DNA of 64,000 nt from a virus: the IMG/VR virus record IMGVR_UViG_3300023276_000008, positions 1 to 64,000 of that record; one strand, written 5' to 3'. A program made the translations under genes and the position numbers. Below are positions 15,944-25,117 of this stretch, one piece after another (the first letter of the stretch is position 1; each line of letters starts with the position of its first letter). The notes beneath the pieces were generated by a model, which was not told the origin of the DNA, ran no database searches, and saw nothing but the letters and a program-made list of their open reading frames with translations.

Positions 15944-16498
15944 TTATCGTGTTGGAAGTTGATATACAACGAATTCAATATCTCCATAGTATTGATCATC
16001 ATTTTCCATATCTGTAAGAATACGTTTCACTGTTGACCAAGATCCTCCTGCCCTACAACATCCCACATTATAAGGTACACCAATCTTAATTGGTTCAGTT
16101 TGAATATATCTATTTCTATTAATTGTTTTATGTAGATCGTCCATACCAAACAAAGCGTTTTGTAGGAATGAATCAAGGGCTGTATAAAACGCATATTCTG
16201 AGAATGGTACAGTTGGTTGTGTCTCAATACCACTGTCCATTGGATTAGAACCGACTCCAAGATGGGTCATTGCGTATAGGTTAGCAATGACTTTTTTATC
16301 ATCTCCAATTCCATATGTATATGTTCCAATCTTATCTTCAATTGTCATATCCTTAGTTTTAAGATCAGCTTCATAAGCTTGTGGATATTTGTTCTTGATA
16401 GGAATTACGATTCCACTCCCCCAAATATTGAAGGGGTTGCATACTTGGATCATTGCGTCCCAATCTCCTTCGAATATGTCTTGTACTATATGTTTCAT
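15944..16498 (-). CDS. macrodomain protein
   Basis: DIF...QVCN...WGSGI, ANLY, PYNVGCCRAGGSW. Confidence 0.85.
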   Translation of the reverse strand: MKHIVQDIFEGDWDAMIQVCNPFNIWGSGIVIPIKNKYPQAYEADLKTKDMTIEDKIGTYTYGIGDDKKVIANLYAMTHLGVGSNPMDSGIETQPTVPFSEYAFYTALDSFLQNALFGMDDLHKTINRNRYIQTEPIKIGVPYNVGCCRAGGSWSTVKRILTDMENDDQYYGDIEFVVYQLPTR

Positions 16499-16540
16499 TT
16501 TATTATATTTTATTTTATTTTAATTGATAAAAATGGAATA

Positions 16541-16873
16541 TTAATCAATATACCATGCAATACGCTCCCTATAAACCTTTTGAGTTCTTTGGGGCATTTT
16601 ATCCCATTCTTCGTTGTGAATGAGTTGTTTTGTTTTTCTGCGATTTCTTCTATTAAGAAAGTTTGTATAATACACTCTTGATGCACTACCATATTGGCAG
16701 TATTTTACGTCTTGATAATATGTATAAATCTTTCTAGGAGAAACTTCTTCGCAATGCGTTCCATTCCACGTTTCGTAGATTTTGTCATCAATAATAACAA
16801 ATCGAGTGTATGTCTGATTCTCATTATTGAGAAACGAAATCATGTTTTTAATATTCTGGATATTCATAATCAC
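16541..16873 (-). CDS. hypothetical protein
   Basis: 110 aa ORF. Confidence 0.65.
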   Translation of the reverse strand: MIMNIQNIKNMISFLNNENQTYTRFVIIDDKIYETWNGTHCEEVSPRKIYTYYQDVKYCQYGSASRVYYTNFLNRRNRRKTKQLIHNEEWDKMPQRTQKVYRERIAWYID

Positions 16874-16903
16874 TCATATAGAGTGATAATATCATATGTA
16901 ATT

Positions 16904-17248
16904 TTATTCTTCATTATTTGGATTTTCTCCTTTTGCTCCGTAGGTGAGGAAGTGTTCCACCTCAATCTCGTCAAACAGATCCTCCACTATATCGAAATAT
17001 TTGTCAATCTCTTTCGTCAATAAAAAGATCTTTTCTTCTAAACTAGGTATGATGATTGGAGATTGATCGCGCATTTTCTCCAATTTCAAGAGCTTGTTTG
17101 TCAGCTCCAATCCCTCAATATTAATAGATGCAACCTTAGTAGCCAAATCATCTATAGATTGTTGAGCTACTTCATATTCATCATATAGTCCATCCAGACC
17201 TACATTTATATTATTACCCATTAAGAAGATATAGATCCAGTAAGACAA
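16904..17248 (-). CDS. hypothetical coiled-coil protein
   Basis: 114 aa; true start probably 17221. Confidence 0.65.
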   Translation of the reverse strand: MSYWIYIFLMGNNINVGLDGLYDEYEVAQQSIDDLATKVASINIEGLELTNKLLKLEKMRDQSPIIIPSLEEKIFLLTKEIDKYFDIVEDLFDEIEVEHFLTYGAKGENPNNEE

Positions 17249-17706
17249 GAATTTCTAGTATCTAAAACTCGTCTTGATTCTATGATTAGGTTTATTAGGT
17301 CATATCGACAATGTGTTCCAATTACAACTTCATTACCTAATGATGTTGTATTGACTGCCTCCCAATTATTACTATCGTTATAGAATGCATTCCATCGATC
17401 ATTGCCAATGATCGCACTATAGAAACCAACATTATTGACACGCATAAATTCCCACTGAACTTTTTCTTCAGGTAATGTCAAGTTGATGCCAGTCATATTA
17501 CCATCCGTATCAACCTCAATAACACCTTTATCAATTAAGTCATTGAATATGTGAGTAATACTGCTGTCACTATTACTACTGAATCGCTCTTTTATAGTTG
17601 TGTGGTCGGGAATAGTAATAAAGGCGGAAATCAATGCAATCTCTCGCATAGTAAGACCTAATTTATTATCATATAATTCTTTGAATAATTCTTCTCTATT
17701 TTCCAT
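17221..17706 (-). CDS. hypothetical protein, N-terminal winged-helix-like
   Basis: LTMREIALI...IFNDLIDKGVIEV. Confidence 0.55.
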   Translation of the reverse strand: MENREELFKELYDNKLGLTMREIALISAFITIPDHTTIKERFSSNSDSSITHIFNDLIDKGVIEVDTDGNMTGINLTLPEEKVQWEFMRVNNVGFYSAIIGNDRWNAFYNDSNNWEAVNTTSLGNEVVIGTHCRYDLINLIIESRRVLDTRNSCLTGSISS

Positions 17707-18602
17707 TATTTTGCTAATTTTGCTATTTTGTATGTTGTTCCAAAAACACCCTTCAGCTTTTCGAAGAATGTTTGTGTGTCAGTGGTGATATAACCATCTC
17801 TACCCTTTGTTTTGATTACTTTATCTTCGACTAAATATTCAATGGCTTTGTTTATCACATCTTCGCTGAATGGAGTCTTATTATGAATAAGTTTAGTAGT
17901 TACCTTCTTATAATTATTCTTGAACAACTTCAAGATAGGTTTTCTTGCTGAACGTACCTCTCTAATAAGGTCTTTGTCAGTCCATGTGATTCTTGGTTGA
18001 ATTAAATTCATGCCAAGGGAAGTCATTTCCAATAATGCATTGATCCTTGCACCATATCGATCTTTAACAACCTTGAAGATTACTTGATTGGGATTAAGTA
18101 TAGATCTGTCCATTGACCATACTGCACTAACCATATGACTTCCGTGCGTACCACCCTTTGGGGTATTGGCAGAGGTTCGTTGATTAATGATAAAGATTGT
18201 CTTATTATGTTCAACCGCTAATTGCGTAATCTTATCAAATAGTTTATTAAGATTGTATCTTCTATTAGTGATCTGTACTACGTTGATTGAGTCAATTACA
18301 ATAAGATCAGAATCTTCATTATCAATATGATGCATTAATTCTTCATCAGTGGACAATGAGTGAATTTGTACATTTCCAAGGCTACCATTATTAATTCTAC
18401 TATAGGTCTTCGCAACATTTTCTTCGGATTCCTCAAACGTCAAGTATTTTGCGTTTGGGGATTTGGAACCCCTACTATTCACATGTAACCAATTAAGGAG
18501 AAGAGTTGTTTTGCCTGTACCTGCTGCTGCATGTAATAATACTGTTTGTCCTCTCTCAACTTGATTATCTGTAAGTAGTCCAAAATCTAAATAGCTTAAC
18601 AT
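17706..18602 (-). CDS. RadA/Sms-like RecA-family ATPase
   Basis: AGTGKTT Walker A, FEES, IVIDS Walker B, HMVSAV, KDRYG (KNRFG-like). Confidence 0.8.
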   Translation of the reverse strand: MLSYLDFGLLTDNQVERGQTVLLHAAAGTGKTTLLLNWLHVNSRGSKSPNAKYLTFEESEENVAKTYSRINNGSLGNVQIHSLSTDEELMHHIDNEDSDLIVIDSINVVQITNRRYNLNKLFDKITQLAVEHNKTIFIINQRTSANTPKGGTHGSHMVSAVWSMDRSILNPNQVIFKVVKDRYGARINALLEMTSLGMNLIQPRITWTDKDLIREVRSARKPILKLFKNNYKKVTTKLIHNKTPFSEDVINKAIEYLVEDKVIKTKGRDGYITTDTQTFFEKLKGVFGTTYKIAKLAK

Positions 18603-18613
18603 AATTTATATTT

Positions 18614-18808
18614 CTATTGATTATCCATCATCCAATAGGACAACTCTGTATGGAACTCTTTTTCATCTTTAATCTCTTTATCGAGTGTGATGATTTCATC
18701 TGAAATTGAATCTTTGTCATATGTCCCCATATAAACGTGGATTTGTGTCATATTTTCATCATAGACAACGAATGTCTTTTCAACTACCTTTGTTTCGTAT
18801 TTTACCAT
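18614..18808 (-). CDS. hypothetical protein
   Basis: 64 aa behind own promoter. Confidence 0.65.
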   Translation of the reverse strand: MVKYETKVVEKTFVVYDENMTQIHVYMGTYDKDSISDEIITLDKEIKDEKEFHTELSYWMMDNQ

Positions 18809-18836
18809 TTTTTTATCTGTTTAAGTCCGTAGACAA

Positions 18837-18870
18837 GACAGACCCTACCCGATTGGATAGGGTCTGTCAA
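18837..18870 (-). promoter_or_regulatory. early promoter embedded in 11 bp inverted repeat
   Basis: TTGACA-N17-TAGGGT; GACAGACCCTA/TAGGGTCTGTC. Confidence 0.75.
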
Positions 18871-18881
18871 GCCCTCAATTG

Positions 18882-20024
18882 CTAGACTTTGATTTCTTTT
18901 CCAAGAGTCGTGGAAAGCGCACGATTTCCATTAATATGTACTTGTTCCACTGCTACATCAACATCATTATAATGAATGATGGAAAATCCATTCTGCCAAT
19001 CAGGTGCAGATGCATATACAGGACTCATATCACACATACATCCATTTTCATAGGCAATGTGTCTTGCTTCTGGACGACCACCAATACTTGGTACGCGACG
19101 AGATGTAGAACCCATTCTATGAGTATGATTACACATGACACTTGCATTCCACTTATCAATAAGACCCATAGCTGACGCTCCTGCTTTAGCACGTACTACA
19201 TCACCATGAACAATGTTAAAGTCAGCACCTAATGTTACAGTATCGACAAGTTCCATATCAAATCCTTTTGGTAGGAAGAGATTTTCGTAGGAAAGTTTCT
19301 CTCTTACTTCTGGAATTGATGCAAGTTCACCTAAACGTGTACTTAGGTATCTCCACCAACGTCCATCAATGGAATCGCCAGAGTGATTAGCATTAGTTTC
19401 TACAATACGTGAGTTTGGTGAGATCTGCGCAATGTTAAATAGTAGATCGTGATATGCAGTACGTTCTTGTTGCAAGTTGTAACTTGAACGAATATCTTTC
19501 GGATATGTACTAAGCGCAAACATGTCCAAGGTATCACCATTAAGAATGATTTGGTCTGGTTGAAGTTCACGAATTACCTCATAGAAGATGTTAATACTGT
19601 TATAGCACTCATGTCCAAAGTGGAAATCTCCCGCACATACAGCCACTTTATTGTCCCTACTAATTGTGGGTGTAGAAATGGTTTGGGTAGAAACCTCAAA
19701 TTTATTCGGAGCAAGTGACTCGATAAATTCAAGAAATCCTTCAAGGTTTTCATCAACCTGCTTTGGTGTAAGCTTAGGTTGTTTTGGATTAAGTGCTTTG
19801 TCGGGTAGACGTTTAAAATTCTTATTTACATGAGCTACACAGTTAGCTTCTTCAGTTTTTGCTGATGTACAAATCGGATCTTTGGACTCTGTAAGTTTAT
19901 CGAACCATCGACCTAGTGTTCTAGGTGAGATTCCGTATTCTTCTGCGACTTGGACTTTGGATTTTCCGTTAACCCATGCCATATATGCTTGTTGTTCTAG
20001 TTTCATAATTATTAATTGTTTCAT
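18882..20024 (-). CDS. HTH plus calcineurin-like metallophosphoesterase
   Basis: VAEEYGISPRTLGRW; GDFH, NGDTLD, ANH, HGD, HTHR. Confidence 0.85.
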   Translation of the reverse strand: MKQLIIMKLEQQAYMAWVNGKSKVQVAEEYGISPRTLGRWFDKLTESKDPICTSAKTEEANCVAHVNKNFKRLPDKALNPKQPKLTPKQVDENLEGFLEFIESLAPNKFEVSTQTISTPTISRDNKVAVCAGDFHFGHECYNSINIFYEVIRELQPDQIILNGDTLDMFALSTYPKDIRSSYNLQQERTAYHDLLFNIAQISPNSRIVETNANHSGDSIDGRWWRYLSTRLGELASIPEVREKLSYENLFLPKGFDMELVDTVTLGADFNIVHGDVVRAKAGASAMGLIDKWNASVMCNHTHRMGSTSRRVPSIGGRPEARHIAYENGCMCDMSPVYASAPDWQNGFSIIHYNDVDVAVEQVHINGNRALSTTLGKEIKV

Positions 20025-21016
20025 TGACCTTTGTAGTATGCTACATAGTGTTTAACTATTTCATCAATAGCATCCTCATATGGAACGGTTTCAAAACCAC
20101 GTAAATAGTATTTTGAAGTGATAGCATAGATCTTATCATGACCTTTTCTATCATCTACAAATTCAACACTATTTACCATAGTTTTTTCACTTTCAGGCAC
20201 TAGCTTATTATAAGCCGTCAATATGTCCTGAACCAATTCCAAATTATTCTTAGGTGTGCCTCCCGAAATGTTGTGAACACCTCTTGTGTGCTCTCCTGCG
20301 ATCTCTAAGATAGACTTGCAGTGGTCATCAACATGAATCCACTCTCTAATGTTGTCTCCTTCTCCATAAACAGGGATTTTCTCACCTGCAACCAACTTTG
20401 AAATGATAGTTGGAATAAATTTTTCTGTACGTTGGTAAATACCAAAGTTATTAGTACATCTTGTCACCAATACATCAATGTCATATGTACTTACATATGC
20501 CTCACACATAAGGTCTGCTGCTGCTTTTGATGCAGCGTATGGATTCCTTGGTTGTAATTGAGAATCTTCAGTATGGGGCTTTGCACTTGTAGTTAGGTGG
20601 TGTCCATACACTTCATCTGTACTGATTTGAATCATTTGGATATTATGCCCTTTCTCCTTTTCACACACTACATGATTTAGTAGTGCCATAGTGGATGTTA
20701 GGTTTGTTGCGAATGTTAGTGGATCTGAGATAGAACGATCAACATGTGATTCGGCAGCAAAATTGAAGATAACATCATATCTATCTACGTCTGGAGAAAA
20801 TGCATAGCGTTCAATGCGTGTATGACTCAAATCTACTATCTTGTTATCGTAGAATTCTTTCGAAAAATGTTGCCTAAGATTGAAGGCGGGGGCGTAGTCC
20901 ATACACATCACCAATCCAATGTTTGGATACATTCCTTCCAACGTGGCTAAGAAGTTTTGGGCTATAAATCCGCTAGTGCCAGTTATTAGCACTCGTTTTC
21001 CGTTTAGGTCGATCAT
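20021..21016 (-). CDS. rmlB: dTDP-glucose 4,6-dehydratase
   Basis: GTSGFIA, FAAESHVDRSI, ISTDEVYG, YAASKA, DRKGHD. Confidence 0.93.
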   Translation of the reverse strand: MIDLNGKRVLITGTSGFIAQNFLATLEGMYPNIGLVMCMDYAPAFNLRQHFSKEFYDNKIVDLSHTRIERYAFSPDVDRYDVIFNFAAESHVDRSISDPLTFATNLTSTMALLNHVVCEKEKGHNIQMIQISTDEVYGHHLTTSAKPHTEDSQLQPRNPYAASKAAADLMCEAYVSTYDIDVLVTRCTNNFGIYQRTEKFIPTIISKLVAGEKIPVYGEGDNIREWIHVDDHCKSILEIAGEHTRGVHNISGGTPKNNLELVQDILTAYNKLVPESEKTMVNSVEFVDDRKGHDKIYAITSKYYLRGFETVPYEDAIDEIVKHYVAYYKGQ

Positions 21017-21022
21017 TGAAGA

Positions 21023-21051
21023 AATTTAGCACGATTGCGGGTAATGGTCAA
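21023..21051 (-). promoter_or_regulatory. early promoter of rmlB
   Basis: TTGACC-N17(ending ATCGTGC)-TAAATT; ATG 6 nt downstream. Confidence 0.7.
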
Positions 21052-21097
21052 GTAAATAGTTGTAATTATCTTACAAACCAACTAAATATAAGGGATT

Positions 21098-21631
21098 ATG
21101 AGTGATGATATCCTTTCCGAATTTGACGACCTTGATTCTAAAGACCTTGAGAATCCAGAGAATATTGTGAATGTCTTGATGGGTAGTGCAACATTTCCGT
21201 CCGATTCAACACCTTCTAGAAAAACTATGAATGTTGAAGACTTGGATGAATCTGATATTGATGAGTATGTCGTAAAACAAACTGCTACTATTATTGAGAA
21301 TGTAATGGGTGTTGTTGAAAGTATGTCAGAGAATCCAGATTCATTTACTTATGATGCAAAGGCACTGGAAGGTTATAATGGTTTAGTTAATGCTGCCACA
21401 AGTGCAGTTGCATCTCTTAATAAGATTAAATTGGAGAAATCTAAATTGAAACAACAAAAAGAACTCAAACAAATTGATATTAATAGTAGAGAGAAAATTG
21501 CTCTTAATAGAGAAGAGAATAATAAACAAACTATTAAGTTAACAAGAGAAGAGTTTATTGCATTAATGAGTGATAAAAATGATAATACTGATAATACTGA
21601 TAATGATAGTATTAAAACAATAGATGTATAA
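21098..21631 (+). CDS. putative terminase small subunit (gp16-like)
   Basis: helical 177 aa late protein; AKALEGYNGLV segment plus coiled coil; weak. Confidence 0.4.
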   Translation: MSDDILSEFDDLDSKDLENPENIVNVLMGSATFPSDSTPSRKTMNVEDLDESDIDEYVVKQTATIIENVMGVVESMSENPDSFTYDAKALEGYNGLVNAATSAVASLNKIKLEKSKLKQQKELKQIDINSREKIALNREENNKQTIKLTREEFIALMSDKNDNTDNTDNDSIKTIDV

Positions 21632-21653
21632 TTATATAATATTATTATAACTA

Positions 21654-22565
21654 TTATACATCTAAAGCACCATCAGTAGTATGTATTAAATACTCTTTAT
21701 TTTCTTCTTCTGTTTCTATTGTAAGCTTGAATGATCTTCTGTCAAGATTATCTTTCAAAAATCTCAAAATACTGTATTCTAAGTAATTCTCTGACTCCTT
21801 TAAAACCTTTATACCCATTGACACTACTGACGTTGACGTGTTATGTTCTTCATCATATGGGTTATATATCCTATCGTCAAGATATAACCTATATGCCTCA
21901 TCACCAAGATAACTCTTGACAATATCTAAAATATCGTCCACTATGGCACTAGATACGTTTTTATAGTATGATACATCAGTAACAGAATAACTTCCATGTG
22001 CCTCATCATTAAGTTCTCCTTCAATTTTGTTATATCTTGGGTTCTTATCAACCTCATTTAATGTATTATCATAACCAACTTTAGAAAGAATAGATCTCTT
22101 ATGTACATCAGACACCATCTCTTCTGCATTAACTACCATATCATAAACAGGCACAGTCATCATCCTAAACATGTCTGGATGTGTTGGGGATAATTGGGGG
22201 GAATTTAATACAGGTTCAGTATTTGATTGTGTTCTAGGTGTTCTTGTTACAGACCCCAGTAATACAGAAGCAGGTTTGAAATACTTACTATCCGTAGTAA
22301 GGTCAGCTAATAATTTACCAAATGGACCACTCTGTAGATTGTCCATATAATATTTAATAGTGAATTCGTCTAGATCTTTTCCATCAGACTCAAGCTTCTC
22401 AAGAAATTCCTTCAGCTTAGTAATTCCCATCTCATACACCTTCTTAAACTCAACAATGAATTCAACATCAACATCTTTAACATCCCATGATTTAGGAATA
22501 TCTAGACGATCCATATCATCTTCAATGCGTACTAAGGCTCTTAATATTTCAACTTTATTTCTCAT
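21654..22565 (-). CDS. hypothetical protein in baseplate operon
   Basis: 303 aa, coupled to upstream gene. Confidence 0.7.
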   Translation of the reverse strand: MRNKVEILRALVRIEDDMDRLDIPKSWDVKDVDVEFIVEFKKVYEMGITKLKEFLEKLESDGKDLDEFTIKYYMDNLQSGPFGKLLADLTTDSKYFKPASVLLGSVTRTPRTQSNTEPVLNSPQLSPTHPDMFRMMTVPVYDMVVNAEEMVSDVHKRSILSKVGYDNTLNEVDKNPRYNKIEGELNDEAHGSYSVTDVSYYKNVSSAIVDDILDIVKSYLGDEAYRLYLDDRIYNPYDEEHNTSTSVVSMGIKVLKESENYLEYSILRFLKDNLDRRSFKLTIETEEENKEYLIHTTDGALDV

Positions 22566-23908
22566 TATTCTGCGCTATCTGACGGTTTGGATTCGGGGTG
22601 GACATATGTTTTCACACCGACTATATCGGTGGCATAGTTATCATTTGAGTATGTATGTATTACTTCTGTAAGCAACCATCTACCCAATGCTTTATCATCG
22701 AATTTAAATTCCTCTTCACCCTTCTGTGGCACATACGCTGTCGCTCTTGCAACATCAAAAAACTTTCCTGATTGTCTAACTGGGTTGCCCTTCTTCGTGA
22801 AGTTGCAGTTTATGTTGTGGAAGGTCAATATGTTGTTTATTTCTGACTCAACCATTCTCTTACATATAATAAGATCATATGGCATTGTATATGATACGTG
22901 GCGTTTCTTAGATTTCTTATTCTCGGAGATAAATCCAGAAACCTCGCCATCTTGTAGTTTAAATGGTTTCACAAACAATTCTTCCCAATTCTTCTTAATA
23001 TCATCCAATTTGATAATACCTTGTTCGTGGCTACCCAATACTCTATTATATGCATTGATTATCCATTTATGAGTATTCATAATACTCATAAATCCGTGTT
23101 GGGGTGTTGATATGTTGAAGTGTAGTAGATCTGAGTCATACTCCATTGCTGGTGTTGACGATACATCAGGATTCTTACCATACACAAATCCACCTGTACC
23201 ACCCAACCCACCTTGATCACCCCCCAATGAGAAAGCCTCAATAACATTATCTTTATTCTTATCAAACAATTCACTTATCTTTGTGAAATTATATACAGAC
23301 TCTTTTCTATCCCATAATAAAAAACATTTTATATATGTGCTACCCTCTGCAACATAATTCTTCTGTAGTATATCTTCCAACAGATCCATATATGTCCAAT
23401 TTATTGACGGTATGGCAGTGTAGAGTAAGTCGGTCTTCTCAAATGTGCCTTTGTAATCGGGTAGCAATTCATCAAATAGCTCCTCCAATACTTCACCACA
23501 ATATCCTGAAAATGTTCGGTTATATGGTATGGTTTCGTTGAATGGTAAAGACTTCTTATCAGCCAACACAAATGTCTTAGAGCGCACATCAACATTAGCT
23601 GGAGAATATACATTCGACTCATCAAATAGAATGAATGTCTCTTCAATTGTTTCAGTTATATCCTTCTCGTCAGAAGGTTTCATCATAACACTAAACTCAT
23701 CTCTTCCATCACCCCTATATGAATATAATGACTCAAACACATAAAACCCATCAACAAACTGAACTAATCCAGTCTTGAATGGGTTATACATTGAATCTTT
23801 GATAGATAGTGATTTAATTGCCTGATGAGAAACATCTACTTCTCCATCAGGACCAGTTAATTTGAATTCAGTATCAAATGCTACTTCATTTATGAAATGT
23901 GTTGCCAT
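22565..23908 (-). CDS. putative baseplate hub (gp27-like)
   Basis: LSIKDSMYNPFKTG, GNP.RQSG, GRWLLTEVIH. Confidence 0.6.
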   Translation of the reverse strand: MATHFINEVAFDTEFKLTGPDGEVDVSHQAIKSLSIKDSMYNPFKTGLVQFVDGFYVFESLYSYRGDGRDEFSVMMKPSDEKDITETIEETFILFDESNVYSPANVDVRSKTFVLADKKSLPFNETIPYNRTFSGYCGEVLEELFDELLPDYKGTFEKTDLLYTAIPSINWTYMDLLEDILQKNYVAEGSTYIKCFLLWDRKESVYNFTKISELFDKNKDNVIEAFSLGGDQGGLGGTGGFVYGKNPDVSSTPAMEYDSDLLHFNISTPQHGFMSIMNTHKWIINAYNRVLGSHEQGIIKLDDIKKNWEELFVKPFKLQDGEVSGFISENKKSKKRHVSYTMPYDLIICKRMVESEINNILTFHNINCNFTKKGNPVRQSGKFFDVARATAYVPQKGEEEFKFDDKALGRWLLTEVIHTYSNDNYATDIVGVKTYVHPESKPSDSAE

Positions 23909-24306
23909 TAAAAATGCTTGTTATCGTATATTGTTTGATTGGTTATATCCGCATGTATGAGGGATAAATATTCTGGTTTTATATACTTAATTTGTGTGCC
24001 CGATTCAATCAAAAAAGGAGCACCCTCAAATTTGTCTACATTACATAGATATATTACCCACCAGAGCTTTATATCATTATATAATCTATATGCAATAGTT
24101 GGTAGCGCAGTTGGAGCCTTTATTGTTTCCAATTCAATGAATTCCCCATCAATATCACCAAAATCCAATTTATTTAATATATTATAAACATTGAATTCTT
24201 TATCTTCGATTGAATATTTATACACCTTGAATATTCGATCATAATGCGATAGGGACACATTATCTATACCATCTACATCGTTTCTAAATTTTCCTACTTC
24301 TGTCAT
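23908..24306 (-). CDS. baseplate wedge gp53-like (LysM-like)
   Basis: IAYRLYNDIKLWWVIYLCN. Confidence 0.7.
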   Translation of the reverse strand: MTEVGKFRNDVDGIDNVSLSHYDRIFKVYKYSIEDKEFNVYNILNKLDFGDIDGEFIELETIKAPTALPTIAYRLYNDIKLWWVIYLCNVDKFEGAPFLIESGTQIKYIKPEYLSLIHADITNQTIYDNKHF

Positions 24307-25109
24307 TATTTTATGAGGCTTGAATCTTCTGTTATTAGGGGTGTGAACACCATCTGCAATTGATATGCTTCTGGCAATATACCAGAACCTACCATACGCT
24401 GAGTACCTAATCCATTAAGCGAAAAGTTACTGCAATATGCCCAAGGAAGATCTCTATATCCTGGGATTTTGATCTTACATATTCTACTTGGCTCCATAAA
24501 TATAGAAGTCTTTCTAGTTGGTTTATTAATTCTTGCTAACTCTCTCACTAAGTCAATATTTTTATCATATCCTTTAGTTGAGCTAGTGTTTAATAATGTG
24601 AATGTCACTGTTATATCACTTGCCTTTTTTCCAAATTGTTGATATTGAGGTGTCTCTGGATATATAGTTCTACTTTGATCCGATAGACTCTCAAGGGCTG
24701 ATAGATTTTTTGACCTTACTGCTCCAGCAATTACACCACCAAGTTCTCCCATGAATCTAAATTCAGAATGAATATCAGATAACTTATCTCCAATTGCAGC
24801 AAGACCTTGCCCATTACCAACATTTCCCATTAAATTATCACTAAATGAATTTGAATAACTAATGTAGTTTGTGTCAAAGAATGGAAATGTATATGTATCT
24901 TCCTTTTCCGTATCATATAGACTATCATAGAAGGCTTTACCTGCTTCTGTGTTAACACCCTGTTTGATCAGATTCCTAGCCTTTCGAACAACACCCAAAT
25001 CTTTCATTCGATGAAATTGTATGTGAATTTTGGGACAATCCTTCAGTAGTTCAGTATCATTAGTATTGATACACCACGGAAAGTCCTTAATTACGTCAAC
25101 GGTAGCCAT
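24306..25109 (-). CDS. putative baseplate tail-tube cap (gp48-like)
   Basis: tube-like beta fold (ITVTFTLLNT, PEAYQLQMVF) and synteny. Confidence 0.5.
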   Translation of the reverse strand: MATVDVIKDFPWCINTNDTELLKDCPKIHIQFHRMKDLGVVRKARNLIKQGVNTEAGKAFYDSLYDTEKEDTYTFPFFDTNYISYSNSFSDNLMGNVGNGQGLAAIGDKLSDIHSEFRFMGELGGVIAGAVRSKNLSALESLSDQSRTIYPETPQYQQFGKKASDITVTFTLLNTSSTKGYDKNIDLVRELARINKPTRKTSIFMEPSRICKIKIPGYRDLPWAYCSNFSLNGLGTQRMVGSGILPEAYQLQMVFTPLITEDSSLIK

Positions 25110-25117
25110 ATATTTAT

